Program-made: the position numbers and the translations under genes
The notes under the pieces: model-generated
What the model was told of the DNA's origin: nothing
Databases searched by the model: none
Seen by the model: only the letters and a program-made list of their open reading frames with translations
Origin: a bacterium
Lineage (GTDB): Bacteria; Electryoneota; Electryoneia; Electryoneales; Electryoneaceae
NCBI GenBank assembly: GCA_963675295.2
Contig: CAXXKJ010000002.1
Coordinates: 2,016,001 to 2,080,000 of the forward strand
DNA length: 64,000 nucleotides
Direction of reading: 5' to 3'
Shown here: piece after piece, positions 23,374-33,501 of the stretch
Layout of the letters: each line of letters begins with the position of its first letter
Position numbering within the stretch: position 1 is the stretch's first letter

Positions 23374-24849
23374 GTGAAGCAAGAAGGTGCGGAAAACGGG
23401 TTGCGAGATGGTGACCTCAAGCGGGTGCTGCTGCCGGAGCATGTCTCGTTGCAGAGCGGAGTTCTCTACGCCTGGTGGGTGAAACATCAGCGTTCCGGCA
23501 CGGATGAGAAACTGCTGCTAGCGGTCAGCGGCGGTTGCGACTCGATGGCCTTGCTGCACCTGTGTTTGCCGCCTGAACGGGAACGTCAGCGCGTCGTTGT
23601 TGCCCATGTGCATCACGGCACCGGCGAGTTTGCCGATCAGGCGTACAAGCTTCTTGCATCCGAGTGCCGCAAGTTGAAATTGCCGCAACTCACGCGGCGG
23701 GTGAGCATCACAGAAGAGCGCAGGAAGCAGTCAGGCTTCGAGGCGGCGGCCCGTGAAGCGCGTTACGCGGCGCTTGAACAGATTGCCGCTGAATCGAATG
23801 CCTCGGTCGTGTTCACGGCTCACACGGCGGACGATCTCGCCGAAGGGTTTCTGCTCAATGCGATGCGCGGCGCGAGTGTGAGTGGACTGTCCGGTGCCCG
23901 GGCGGTGCGCAGTCGCTGGATTCGGCCGTTGCTCAACCGGACTCGCGCGGAGCTGCGCGAGTTTGCTGAACGGACGGGGATTCCGTTCCTTGACGACCCG
24001 GCGAACGCGGACGAACGGTACACGCGGGTTGCGGTCCGGCGGAAGCTGGGACCGTTGATCCGTGAACAGTTTGGCGATGGTGCGTGGCGCAACCTCGCAC
24101 GCACGGCGTTGCACCTGCAGCAGGCCGATTCGGCGCTGGAAACGGAAGCCGCGCGAACGTATCGGCAGGTCTTGCGGCGGAGGACTCCCGGCTGGGCGTC
24201 TATTGATGCTCGGAGGCTCGTCGGGTATCTTGATGAGCTGGTATTTCGTGTTCTGAGATGTAGTTTGGCGGACGTTCTCAACGCCGATCCGGGCGAGCTA
24301 TACATCGACCGGAAAGACCATGGGCGTCTGCTGAACCTTGCACGGACACGGAAGTCCGGTACATCCCGCGTGATCGCGGGAGTGACGATTACGGTTCGCG
24401 ATGATCTGGAACTGTCGGTGTACGACGAATCGACCCGGATCAGGATGAGCCTGCCGGGTCATGTTGTCTTGCCGGATGGCTCCGAGGTCCACGCGGAGCT
24501 CGAAACGGTGAATCCCGGCGCGGTTTCGCGAGTACAAGGCAGTGAGCGGCCGGGTTTTATCGAACGCTTGGACGCGGACGCGGTCGGGCAGGATGTGACC
24601 GTGCAGCCGTGGCAACGCGGGGATACGTTTCACCCGTTCGGGTCGCGGCATGACAGTGTGCGTGTGGTTCGCCGGTTGCGGCGACCTGCGCATGAACGAA
24701 CTGGCCCATTGTGGGTCATGCGGACGGACGGCGGCCAGATCGCCTGGGTGTTGGGCGAACGGATCGCGGAGCCGTACCGTGTAACAGATAAATCTCGCAG
24801 GATTTTAGTCTTCCGATATGACCCTCCGGCAATGAAACCGGAAGGGTGA
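23374..24849 (+). CDS. tilS: tRNA(Ile)-lysidine synthetase
   Basis: PP-loop AVSGGCDS, EAAAREARY, TAHTADD, IRPLL; upstream of ftsH; start uncertain. Confidence 0.92.
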   Translation: MKQEGAENGLRDGDLKRVLLPEHVSLQSGVLYAWWVKHQRSGTDEKLLLAVSGGCDSMALLHLCLPPERERQRVVVAHVHHGTGEFADQAYKLLASECRKLKLPQLTRRVSITEERRKQSGFEAAAREARYAALEQIAAESNASVVFTAHTADDLAEGFLLNAMRGASVSGLSGARAVRSRWIRPLLNRTRAELREFAERTGIPFLDDPANADERYTRVAVRRKLGPLIREQFGDGAWRNLARTALHLQQADSALETEAARTYRQVLRRRTPGWASIDARRLVGYLDELVFRVLRCSLADVLNADPGELYIDRKDHGRLLNLARTRKSGTSRVIAGVTITVRDDLELSVYDESTRIRMSLPGHVVLPDGSEVHAELETVNPGAVSRVQGSERPGFIERLDADAVGQDVTVQPWQRGDTFHPFGSRHDSVRVVRRLRRPAHERTGPLWVMRTDGGQIAWVLGERIAEPYRVTDKSRRILVFRYDPPAMKPEG

Positions 24850-24861
24850 ACAGGAAAAAGC

Positions 24862-26994
24862 ATGGCGGAGAAGAAAACGCCTGAGCCCCCTCAGGCACCA
24901 AAGGGTCCACGCAAGGACTCGGATGACAACTTCGACTGGCGTCGCGCCGGCCGAACCCTGGCATTCTGGATTTTCCTGATCCTCGTGGTCATCGTTATAT
25001 CGACGTATCTCGGACCGTCCCAGGAAGAAGCCAACCTCATCGAGTATTCCGATCCCAGCGGCATGGGGTACCGTGAATACCTCGAGAACGATCGGTTCAC
25101 CGAAGCCGTCGTCACCGAACGCGAATTTGTCGGTACCCTCGATGCGCCCGATGAGAAGGGCAACACGAAGGTGCGGACGGTGCTGCCGTTGATCAGCGAG
25201 GATGTGATCGCCGAATGGCAACAGCACGGCCTCAAGATCGAGTTCAAGGAGAAGGCGACAAACTGGATCGGGATGCTGCTCACCTCGATCCTGCCGTGGA
25301 TCATTCTCATCGGTTTGTGGCTGTTCTTCATGAGGCGGATGACGCAGGGCGCGAACCGCGGCATCTTCACCTTCGGGAAGTCGAAGGCGAAATTGATGAC
25401 CGAGGAACGCTCGAAGGTCACCTTCGAAGACGTCGCTGGCGGCGACGAAGCGAAGGAAGAGCTGCAGGAAATTATCCAGTTCCTCAAGGACCCGAAGAAG
25501 TTCCAGCGTCTCGGCGGCCGGATTCCGAAGGGCGCGTTGCTCGTCGGTCCTCCGGGAACGGGCAAGACGTTGATGGCGAAGGCCGTCGCCGGTGAAGCCG
25601 GTGTGCCATTCTTCTCAATGAGCGGCGCGGACTTCGTGGAAATGTTTGTCGGTGTTGGCGCGAGCCGTGTGCGTGACCTGTTTGAGCAGGGCAAGCGCCA
25701 CGCGCCGTGCATCATCTTCATCGACGAAATCGACGCCGTCGGACGTCAGCGCGGCGCCGGTCTCGGCGGCGGTCATGACGAACGCGAGCAGACGCTGAAC
25801 CAGTTGCTGGTCGAGATGGACGGATTTGAGTCGAATGAAGGCGTGATTCTCATCGCCGCGACGAACCGTCCGGACGTGCTCGATCCGGCACTGCTGCGTC
25901 CGGGCCGTTTCGACCGCCAGATCGTGGTTGATCGTCCGGATGTACGTGGCCGTGAAGGCATTCTCAAGGTGCACTCGAAGAACATCCCGTTGGCGGCGGA
26001 TGTTGATCTTAATGTGTTGGCGAAGGGCACGCCCGGCCTGGCTGGCGCGGATCTCGCGAACCTTGTCAACGAAGCGGCGTTACTGGCTGCTCGCCGAAAT
26101 GGCACCAAGGTCAACATGCGTGACTTTGAGGACGCCAAGGACAAGGTGATGATGGGCACCGAGCGCCGCAGTATGCTGATCAGCGATGAGGAGAAGAAGC
26201 TGACGGCGTACCATGAGGCGGGGCATGTGTTGGTCGCCAAGCTGTTGCCGGGGTCTGATCCGGTGCACAAGGTGACAATCATTCCGCGCGGTCGTGCGTT
26301 GGGTGTGACTCATTACCTGCCGATCGACGAAAAGCACAGCTGGAACAAGCGCTACATTGAGAACAAGATGGTTCATCTCGCCGGCGGTCGTGCGGCGGAG
26401 ATGCTGATCTTCGAGGATTATACCAACGGCGCGGCGTCCGACATCAAGCAGGCGACGGAGATCGCCCGGCGGATGGTGTGCGAATGGGGCATGAGCGACA
26501 AGGTCGGCCCGATCGCGTTGGGTGGACGTGACCAGGAAGTCTTCATCGGCCGCGATTTTGGCCATCAGAAAGACTACTCGGAAGCGACGGCGCTGGAGAT
26601 TGATCGCGAGATCAAGCGTTTCGTGATGGCGGCGCAAAATCATGCAATCGACCTGCTCAGCAACAACATGGACAAGCTGCATGTCCTGTCCAACGCGTTG
26701 CTCGACCGGGAAATCCTTGACGGTGAGGAGATCGACAAGATTCTCGCCGGTGAGGAATTGCCGAAGGTGCAGCCCCGGGTGGATGAACAGTCCGCCGACG
26801 AGGACAAGCCGGAAGACAAGGCTGATTCCAAGCGTTCGGATTCGGACCGACTCCGCGAAGTCGACGAGGTTCTACAGAAGATCAAGGGTGACGGATCGGA
26901 CCAGCCGAAGGATGACGCACCGAAGACGAACGGGCAGAACAATTCGGATTCCGATAGCGATACTGCTGCGGACGACGACAAGACCAAGTCCTGA
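24862..26994 (+). CDS. ftsH: ATP-dependent zinc metalloprotease FtsH
   Basis: two TM segments, [32 protein letters not shown]. Confidence 0.99.
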   Translation: MAEKKTPEPPQAPKGPRKDSDDNFDWRRAGRTLAFWIFLILVVIVISTYLGPSQEEANLIEYSDPSGMGYREYLENDRFTEAVVTEREFVGTLDAPDEKGNTKVRTVLPLISEDVIAEWQQHGLKIEFKEKATNWIGMLLTSILPWIILIGLWLFFMRRMTQGANRGIFTFGKSKAKLMTEERSKVTFEDVAGGDEAKEELQEIIQFLKDPKKFQRLGGRIPKGALLVGPPGTGKTLMAKAVAGEAGVPFFSMSGADFVEMFVGVGASRVRDLFEQGKRHAPCIIFIDEIDAVGRQRGAGLGGGHDEREQTLNQLLVEMDGFESNEGVILIAATNRPDVLDPALLRPGRFDRQIVVDRPDVRGREGILKVHSKNIPLAADVDLNVLAKGTPGLAGADLANLVNEAALLAARRNGTKVNMRDFEDAKDKVMMGTERRSMLISDEEKKLTAYHEAGHVLVAKLLPGSDPVHKVTIIPRGRALGVTHYLPIDEKHSWNKRYIENKMVHLAGGRAAEMLIFEDYTNGAASDIKQATEIARRMVCEWGMSDKVGPIALGGRDQEVFIGRDFGHQKDYSEATALEIDREIKRFVMAAQNHAIDLLSNNMDKLHVLSNALLDREILDGEEIDKILAGEELPKVQPRVDEQSADEDKPEDKADSKRSDSDRLREVDEVLQKIKGDGSDQPKDDAPKTNGQNNSDSDSDTAADDDKTKS

Positions 26995-27020
26995 TTCGTT
27001 CAGGTTGGGATAGAGTGAGT

Positions 27021-27050
27021 GACGGCGATGTTTCGGCATCGCCGTTTCTG
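27021..27050 (+). terminator. hairpin or terminator after ftsH
   Basis: ACGGCGATG-TTTCGG-CATCGCCGT then TTCTG. Confidence 0.55.
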
Positions 27051-27113
27051 TTGCCGACGAGGGATTACCTGTAACGCCGCAAGGACGTATCGCCGGGATA
27101 TGAGGACCCTTGG

Positions 27114-27941
27114 ATGAAACGCACAGCGCTGCCGTTTGGCTCACCCACACAGGTGATGGGCATCGTCAACGTGACGCCGGACAGTTTTCACGACGGTGGC
27201 CGTCACAACTCGGTTGACACCGCGATCGAACATGGCGTGCGGTTGGTGGAGGAAGGCGCTGCGGTGCTTGATATCGGTGGCGAGTCAACTCGTCCCGGCG
27301 CGGCAGAAGTCAGTGTGGCGGATGAGCTGGAACGTGTGTTGCCGGTGGTGGAGGGCCTGAAGCGGCGGGTGAACGTTCCCGTTTCGGTGGACACGTGGAA
27401 GACGTCCGTTGCTGAGCAGGTTCTCGCGGCGGGTGCGGACTGGATCAACGACATCAGCGGCGGAGTCCGTGATCCACGTATTTTGAGTGTGGTGGCGTCG
27501 GCGGGGGTTCCGTATGTTGCGATGCACATGCGTGGCACCCCGGCGACGATGCAGACGATGACCGATTACGGCGACTTGATCGCCGAGATCAAGGCGTATT
27601 TCGTCGAACGGATTCAGGCGTTCGAAGCCGCTGGCGGCCAGCGCGAGATGATGATCCTCGACCCGGGGATCGGATTCGCGAAGAAGCCGGCGGACAACTA
27701 CACACTGCTGGCGAACCTGTCGGAGTTTCGTGAGCTCGGCTTGCCTCTGCTGGTTGGCCCCTCGCGTAAGAGCTTTCTTAAACTTGCTGGCGGGGAAGAA
27801 ACGGCAGACCGTCTCCCGGGCACGTTGGCGGCGATCACCATTTGCGCGCTGGCGGGTGTGGAAATTGTGCGTGTGCATGATGTCGCGGAAACGGTTCAAG
27901 CGGTGAATGTGGCCCGGCGTACACTGGCGGGCAGACGATAG
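27114..27941 (+). CDS. folP: dihydropteroate synthase
   Basis: MGIVNVTPDSF, GGESTRPG, DPGIGF, SRKSF, RVHDV. Confidence 0.97.
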   Translation: MKRTALPFGSPTQVMGIVNVTPDSFHDGGRHNSVDTAIEHGVRLVEEGAAVLDIGGESTRPGAAEVSVADELERVLPVVEGLKRRVNVPVSVDTWKTSVAEQVLAAGADWINDISGGVRDPRILSVVASAGVPYVAMHMRGTPATMQTMTDYGDLIAEIKAYFVERIQAFEAAGGQREMMILDPGIGFAKKPADNYTLLANLSEFRELGLPLLVGPSRKSFLKLAGGEETADRLPGTLAAITICALAGVEIVRVHDVAETVQAVNVARRTLAGRR

Positions 27942-27958
27942 AAGGGGAGTGACACTCC

Positions 27959-28834
27959 ATGGCGAAATGGTTTCAGCGGGAAAAGGACAACCTTCAGGGC
28001 GCGAAGAAGCGTGACATGCCGGAAGGCGTGTGGATCAAGTGCCCCTCCTGCGATAACGTACTATTCAGCCGCAAGATCGAGCGCAACTGGCATGTTTGCA
28101 ACGAATGCGGCCATCACATGCGCATGCCCGCGCCGAAGTATGTGCAGCTGCTCTCCGACGAAGGCACGTGGACAGAGATCGACAAGGATATGAAGTCGCT
28201 CGACCCGCTCGGCTTCAAGGACAGCAAGCGGTATGTCGACCGCGTCGCAGCCGGGCAGAAGAAGACCGGACGCGCTGATGCCGTGATCACCGGTTCGTGC
28301 GAGCTGCACGGGCATGGCGTGGTAATCGGCGTGATGGATTTCCAGTTTCTCGGCGGAAGTGTTGGCAGTGTGGTCGGCGAAAAGATCGCGCGCGCCGTGG
28401 ACAAGGCGCTCGAATTGGAGCAACCGCTGATTCTCGTGTCCTGCAGCGGCGGGATGCGGATGCAGGAGGGCATCATCAGCCTGATGCAGATGGCGAAGAC
28501 GTCGGCCCGGCTAAGTCGTCTCGGCCAGGCGGGGTTGCCGTTTATCAGCGTGCTCACCGACCCGACCACGGGCGGCACGACGGCCTCGTTCTCGATGCTC
28601 GGCGACGTCAACATCGCCGAACCGGGCGCGTTGATCGGATTCGCCGGCCCGCGTGTGATCAAGCAGACCATCGGTCAGGATCTGCCGGAAGGTTTCCAGC
28701 GCAGCGAATTCCTGATGGAAACCGGGTTCCTTGATCAGGTGGTGCCGCGTCTCGAGTTGAAGGACCGGATTGCCGAGTTCATCAGCTGGATGACGGGTGA
28801 GAAAACAAAGAAGGTGGCGGAGCAGGCGGAATAG
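27959..28834 (+). CDS. accD: acetyl-CoA carboxylase carboxyltransferase beta subunit
   Basis: zinc finger CPSC...CNEC, SGGMRMQEG, PTTGG, FAGPRVI. Confidence 0.97.
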   Translation: MAKWFQREKDNLQGAKKRDMPEGVWIKCPSCDNVLFSRKIERNWHVCNECGHHMRMPAPKYVQLLSDEGTWTEIDKDMKSLDPLGFKDSKRYVDRVAAGQKKTGRADAVITGSCELHGHGVVIGVMDFQFLGGSVGSVVGEKIARAVDKALELEQPLILVSCSGGMRMQEGIISLMQMAKTSARLSRLGQAGLPFISVLTDPTTGGTTASFSMLGDVNIAEPGALIGFAGPRVIKQTIGQDLPEGFQRSEFLMETGFLDQVVPRLELKDRIAEFISWMTGEKTKKVAEQAE

Positions 28835-29144
28835 GCCGATCCAGCCGCAACCAAAGGTGGAAACGAGCAAGCCACGAGATTGATTTCCAAAGCGCATCCG
28901 AGATGATGCGCTTTTTTCTTTTGGACAAGATGAGTCAGCTGCGGTGGATTTGTCGGAAGCTGAGCCATCCGTTTGGGCTTCCGGCTCAAGGGGCGCTACA
29001 TTGCGCGGTCCACTTCTCAGTGGCGCGAGGGATGGGGGAGACCGTTCCTGCACAGTATTCGGTAAGAAACAGTTCACATAGACACAGGGCACCGGGCACG
29101 GCGATGATGCATTGATCGTGTGCCGGAAGGTGGGAGGACAAAAC

Positions 29145-30650
29145 GTGGCGACAGATAACCCGGCAGCCAAACCAAAACAAGGTGTGATCAAACAGCTTGG
29201 GAGTTTGGACAGAAATTTCTGGATTGTAAACTGGCTGGAAGCGAACGAACGACTTGCATTCTTCGGATCACGTGCAATCCTGCCTCTCTATATGGTGTAC
29301 GCGATTGCCGAGAGTGGTCTCGGGCTTTCCTTTACGGAAAAGGGGATCATCTTCTCGATCTGGGCGTTGGTTCAGACGCTGATCCCGATGGTGTCCGGTG
29401 GGTTCACGGACCAGTACGGCTACAAGAAAAGTCTCTACATCGCTTACACCATCAATATTGCCGGGTACCTGATGTTTGCCTTTGCGCCGAGTATGCCGAT
29501 TCCGGCGTTCTGGGCGACATTGATCGCGGCGTGCCTGGTTGGGTTGGGGACAGCGATCTTCAAGCCACCAGTGCAGGGCACCATCGCGAAGCAGACGACC
29601 AACGAAAACAGCTCGGTAGCATGGGGCTTCTTTTACTGGATGGTCAATGTCGGCGGATTCCTTGCCCCGATGGCTGCCGCAATGCTGCGTGGTGAAACGA
29701 ACTGGCAGCTGGTGTTCCTTTGCGCCGCAGGTGTGACTGCGTTCAACTTTGTTCCGACCTTCTTCTTCTACCGTGAACCGGACATTGATCCGAACAAGGA
29801 GAAGAAAACGGTTGGTGAGACCTTCCTCGAAACCATCACCACGCTGAAGGACAAGAACTTCCTCATCTTCCTGCTCATTTTCTCGGGGTTCTGGTTCATG
29901 TTCATGCAGCTATGGGACTTGCTGCCGAACTTCATCGACGAGTGGGTCGACAGCCAGGCAATGGGTGCCTTCCTTGCCAATATCAATGAGGGATGGGTGT
30001 TGGAAAGCGGGATGGTGAAGCCGGAGATGATCATCAACATCGACGCGGCGGCGATCATCCTGTTCATGATCCCGATTGCGTGGCTGACTGGTAAATTCCA
30101 CCCGATGGTGGCGTTGATCGGTGGCATGGTGATCAGCTTGGTCGGGTTCTTTGGATCGGGCTTCTTCAACACTGGCTGGATGGTGTCGCTGTTTATCTTC
30201 ATCTTTGCGATAGGCGAAATGGCCTGCAGTCCGAAATTCAGTGAGTACATCGGTCTCACTGCACCACCGGACAAAAAGGCGCTGTACATGGGGTATTCGA
30301 ATATCCCCTTCGCGATTGGCTGGTCACTGGGCAATCTGGTCTCCGGTCCGTTGTACGAAACTCTCGGCAGCCAGCAGAACTTCGCCCGCCAGTACATGAT
30401 CGAGAATCTCGGTCTGGCGCGTGACATGGTGGAGTCGATTGAACCGACGGCGTTGATGACGACGCTGGCGTCTCACATGCCAGGCAATCCTACGGTGCTG
30501 GAAGCTTCGAACGTACTTTGGAATCAGTACCACCCGTGGTATGTGTGGTCGGTGTTGACCGGTATCGGTTTCCTCTCCACGGCAGGCATGGTGCTGTACT
30601 ACATCAAGACGCGCAAGACGGGGATCTCGTCGGTGCATCAGCCGTCGTAA
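29145..30650 (+). CDS. MFS transporter (POT/PTR-like)
   Basis: ExxERxxF motif (EANERLAF), FKP, FFYWMVNVGG, many TM helices; GTG start after GGAGGA. Confidence 0.88.
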   Translation: MATDNPAAKPKQGVIKQLGSLDRNFWIVNWLEANERLAFFGSRAILPLYMVYAIAESGLGLSFTEKGIIFSIWALVQTLIPMVSGGFTDQYGYKKSLYIAYTINIAGYLMFAFAPSMPIPAFWATLIAACLVGLGTAIFKPPVQGTIAKQTTNENSSVAWGFFYWMVNVGGFLAPMAAAMLRGETNWQLVFLCAAGVTAFNFVPTFFFYREPDIDPNKEKKTVGETFLETITTLKDKNFLIFLLIFSGFWFMFMQLWDLLPNFIDEWVDSQAMGAFLANINEGWVLESGMVKPEMIINIDAAAIILFMIPIAWLTGKFHPMVALIGGMVISLVGFFGSGFFNTGWMVSLFIFIFAIGEMACSPKFSEYIGLTAPPDKKALYMGYSNIPFAIGWSLGNLVSGPLYETLGSQQNFARQYMIENLGLARDMVESIEPTALMTTLASHMPGNPTVLEASNVLWNQYHPWYVWSVLTGIGFLSTAGMVLYYIKTRKTGISSVHQPS

Positions 30651-30698
30651 CCAGTGCGCGGATGGACGCACACAGCGTTCCAGACACTTGTTGACACG

Positions 30699-30735
30699 AA
30701 AACGCGGACAGCGCTGAGGCGCTGCCCGCGTTTTT
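30699..30735. terminator. bidirectional terminator between convergent genes
   Basis: AAAACGCGG-ACAGCGC TGAG GCGCTGC-CCGCGTTTT. Confidence 0.7.
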
Positions 30736-30804
30736 ATGATGATCAGGACGTCAGATCGCTTGGCGTAGGATACAGGGCCGCGTACTCTGACAACCTGTGG
30801 TTGA

Positions 30805-31245
30805 TCACAGGCTGCCTGGCGACGATTCCCCGTTATCAGCGGGTGTCGCGGGTGCAGGATCCGGCGACTTCCAAATGGTTGACTGGCGGACGGTTTCTTC
30901 TTCGTTCTGGCGTTTGACTCCGATGAACCGTGACGCGAACAGGCCGGCGCCGATCATGAACAGGACGAGCCCGAAGCCGAGCGCTTCGTTATCGTAGCCG
31001 CCGGTGATCGCGAAGATGAGAATCAGTGCAAGGCCGAAGCCGAGCAGCACGAGCGGCCAGGCGAACGGGTACTGCGGGCGCGGCTTTTTGATCGGGACAT
31101 CGTATCCCTTTTCAATCGCGGCCAGTTTGGCTTCGTGGTCGAGTTTGCGGATGCGGTAGAAGCGTTCAAGCAAAAACACGAGCACCACGGCGGTAGCGAT
31201 GATGGACGTGATCGGCACAAGCAGAGCAACGAGCAAATAATCCAT
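30805..31245 (-). CDS. small three-TM membrane protein (DUF6249-like), divergent from the ECF sigma
   Basis: TM helix, HEAKLAAIEKG, two further TM helices; RBS GGAGG. Confidence 0.75.
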   Translation of the reverse strand: MDYLLVALLVPITSIIATAVVLVFLLERFYRIRKLDHEAKLAAIEKGYDVPIKKPRPQYPFAWPLVLLGFGLALILIFAITGGYDNEALGFGLVLFMIGAGLFASRFIGVKRQNEEETVRQSTIWKSPDPAPATPADNGESSPGSL

Positions 31246-31292
31246 TTCCGTGTCCTCCAGACTGGGACGGGTTGTTCTTCGTTTCGCCCATA

Positions 31293-31319
31293 GGACGATG
31301 CAGCGTGAATTCAGGTTAC
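31293..31319 (-). promoter_or_regulatory. ECF-type promoter GTAACC-N15-TCGTCC for the membrane-protein gene
   Basis: same hexamers and spacing as the plus-strand copy. Confidence 0.7.
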
Positions 31320-31371
31320 TCAGCGATAAAACCGGGGAGCCAGAGGTAGCTCCCCCGGGTGGAGCCGGGTT

Positions 31372-31398
31372 GTAACCGTGGGAGAGAGTTTGTCGTCC
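31372..31398 (+). promoter_or_regulatory. ECF-type autoregulatory promoter GTAACC-N15-TCGTCC
   Basis: TGTAAC...CGTC is a typical ECF -35/-10 pattern; lies upstream of the ECF sigma gene. Confidence 0.7.
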
Positions 31399-31554
31399 CA
31401 CGGGTGAATGCAAAACATCCGGGTGCAGGTTGACCCGGAGAACGAGGGTCCTGGCATGTCGATGGGCAGAACGAGCGCGAGCGTTTCGTACTTTGCCTCG
31501 GGGACGACGGCGGGCGAAGCTGTATTACGCCGCCCCGTCACGCACCGGAGGGAA

Positions 31555-32133
31555 GTGCCGCTGGACGAGGATCTGCTCATACGAAAGGCCCGTTCCGGCA
31601 ACCAGGAAGCGTTTACGCGCCTGGTTGACCAGCATGCGCCTGTCATCTGGACGGTGATCAACCGGATGACGGGTGATGCGGAACTGGCAAAGGACTTGTT
31701 CCAGGAGACGGTGATCCGTTTCTGGAAGGGGCTGTCCGGTTTCCAGGGCGCGAGCAAGCTGTCGACGTGGCTGTACCGGATCGCGTACCGTGTGTGTCTC
31801 GATTCGCTCGATTCGGCGAACACACGGATGATGACCAGCCTGGACGAGCGAGTCGAGGCGACAGGCTTTGAAGTTGACGATGAATCCCGGTCGGGACACA
31901 AGTTCGAGGATCAGATTGCCGCGACTGATGCGGTGAGCAAGGCGATGAACCGGTTGCGTCCCGAGTGGAAGATGATGGTGATGATGTATTATTGGCGTGA
32001 GTTCAGTGTGGAGGAGGTCGCCGAAATTACCGGTCGTCCGGTGAACACGGTGAAAGTGTACCTGCACCGCGCCCGGGCCGAGTTACGGCAGGTGTTGGAG
32101 GACGGTGGCTATCCTTCGGAGGGCTACGCATGA
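31555..32133 (+). CDS. ECF sigma factor (RpoE-like)
   Basis: AKDLFQETVIR, SKLSTWLYRIA, SVEEVAEITG, NTVKVYLHRAR; GTG 31555 after GGAGGG, though the ORF is open from 31408. Confidence 0.93.
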   Translation: MPLDEDLLIRKARSGNQEAFTRLVDQHAPVIWTVINRMTGDAELAKDLFQETVIRFWKGLSGFQGASKLSTWLYRIAYRVCLDSLDSANTRMMTSLDERVEATGFEVDDESRSGHKFEDQIAATDAVSKAMNRLRPEWKMMVMMYYWREFSVEEVAEITGRPVNTVKVYLHRARAELRQVLEDGGYPSEGYA

Positions 32134-32624
32134 TGGTTGAGAGAGATCCATTGGAATACAGTGAATACCTCGATATGCTGCCGGCGTATCGGGCGGGCAC
32201 GTTGAGCCCTGTGCAGGCTCACCGGTTGTCCAGGCTGCTGGAGGAAGACCCGATCTTCCGCAAGGAGGCGGAGCGGGATCTGCTGATCAGCTCTGCCCTT
32301 AGCAACCTTGAGGTTCCTCCGATGCCGCGAAATCTGGTGGAATCCAGTGTTCAGGTGGCAGTCGGTGAGACGGAACCGACTCGTTGGTTCTCACTTGATT
32401 CGCTGCTTATCGCGTTGGGGATCGGGGTTGCGGGTGCAGGCGGCGCACATTTCCTCACGTCGCGAGTCGAATTCTTCGACCAGCTCGGAGATTGGATTGC
32501 CTCGGTGACGGCAATGGTGCTCGCGGGAGAGATCGACACGATGCTCGGGGTGGTGCTGATGGTCTCCGTCGGAGCGCTCGCTCTGGTCGGAATTGGCGCA
32601 TATAAGTTGTTTCGATCGGAGTAA
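32130..32624 (+). CDS. putative membrane-bound anti-sigma factor
   Basis: overlaps the sigma stop; ASD-like N-terminus (MLPAYRAGTLSP) without the HxxxCxxC cysteines; two TM helices. Confidence 0.75.
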   Translation: MMVERDPLEYSEYLDMLPAYRAGTLSPVQAHRLSRLLEEDPIFRKEAERDLLISSALSNLEVPPMPRNLVESSVQVAVGETEPTRWFSLDSLLIALGIGVAGAGGAHFLTSRVEFFDQLGDWIASVTAMVLAGEIDTMLGVVLMVSVGALALVGIGAYKLFRSE

Positions 32625-32661
32625 GAGAAGATATAGATTGCAGATAGAAGGTTTATCAGAG

Positions 32662-32700
32662 AAATCGCCGGAGAGAAATGATCTTCGGCGATTTTTCTTT
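32662..32700 (+). terminator. intrinsic terminator
   Basis: AAATCGCCGGAG...CTTCGGCGATTT followed by a T tract. Confidence 0.75.
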
Positions 32701-32747
32701 CGCCTCTAGCGCAGGCTAACTGGATGCTTATATTGCGGCGCGTATCT

Positions 32748-32785
32748 CGGGCGTGCCGGGGTTGTCGACACGCCCGTTGTTTTTT
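32748..32785 (+). terminator. second terminator-like hairpin upstream of the pilin promoter
   Basis: CGGGCGTG...CACGCCCG-TTGTTTTTT. Confidence 0.6.
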
Positions 32786-32858
32786 GAAACTGGTCAGAAA
32801 AGTGTCATCGAACAGGTGGATTACTCCGAAGCAATTTCAGCTTCTCGAGGTTTGCCGT

Positions 32859-32886
32859 TTGATGGAACTGATAGAATCTCTATATT
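32859..32886 (+). promoter_or_regulatory. putative promoter of the major pilin gene
   Basis: TTGATG-N16-TATATT in AT-rich intergenic DNA. Confidence 0.45.
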
Positions 32887-32985
32887 AAGAGATCTTGGTT
32901 AGGACGCAACCCGCAAGAAATTGGTTGCTTAAGTGGAACGGGACCCCAACAACGATCAGAGGGTCCGGGTGATGGAGGACACAGG

Positions 32986-33399
32986 ATGCAAGGCATGTTG
33001 AAGAAAAACCGCAAGGGCTTCACGCTCATCGAGATCCTGATCGTGGTTGTTATCGTCGCGATCCTCGCTGCGATCTCCGTTCCGATTTACTTGGATTACG
33101 TCGCGGGCGCCCGTGCGTCGGACGCTCAGTCCCAGATCGGCGCGATTTACAATGCGGCCAAGATGTACAAGCAGGACACGGAGCTGTGGCCGGCGGACGT
33201 TCAGGAGTTGGAAGACCGCGGTTACCTCACCATCGATGAGTCTGTGAAACTGAAGTGGAACTTCGACATCACGGAGGAACAGATCACCGCGACCTCGACG
33301 GATGAGATGGCTGGTGGTTCGGGTAAGGAAGTGCGGTACGATATTCTTCAGGGCAAGTTCTTCGGGTATGGTCTCCCGAATGATGACGGTGACAATTGA
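32986..33399 (+). CDS. pilA: type IV major pilin
   Basis: class III signal KKNRKG|FTLIE with E5 and P22; strong RBS; hairpin downstream. Confidence 0.9.
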   Translation: MQGMLKKNRKGFTLIEILIVVVIVAILAAISVPIYLDYVAGARASDAQSQIGAIYNAAKMYKQDTELWPADVQELEDRGYLTIDESVKLKWNFDITEEQITATSTDEMAGGSGKEVRYDILQGKFFGYGLPNDDGDN

Positions 33400-33501
33400 T
33401 CATCGTAGGGTGTGATGTAATTCGGACGAGTCCCCCGTGCTTAGTCACGGGGGCGGTCCGATTGTTGTTTGTCACGGGCAACTTTGATTTGTGAGGAAGT
33501 C

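Noticed and set aside
23270-23377. 35-codon ORF overlapping the wHTH gene end (possible toxin-antitoxin partner)
   Set aside because: It runs through a clear terminator hairpin and shows no coding signature.
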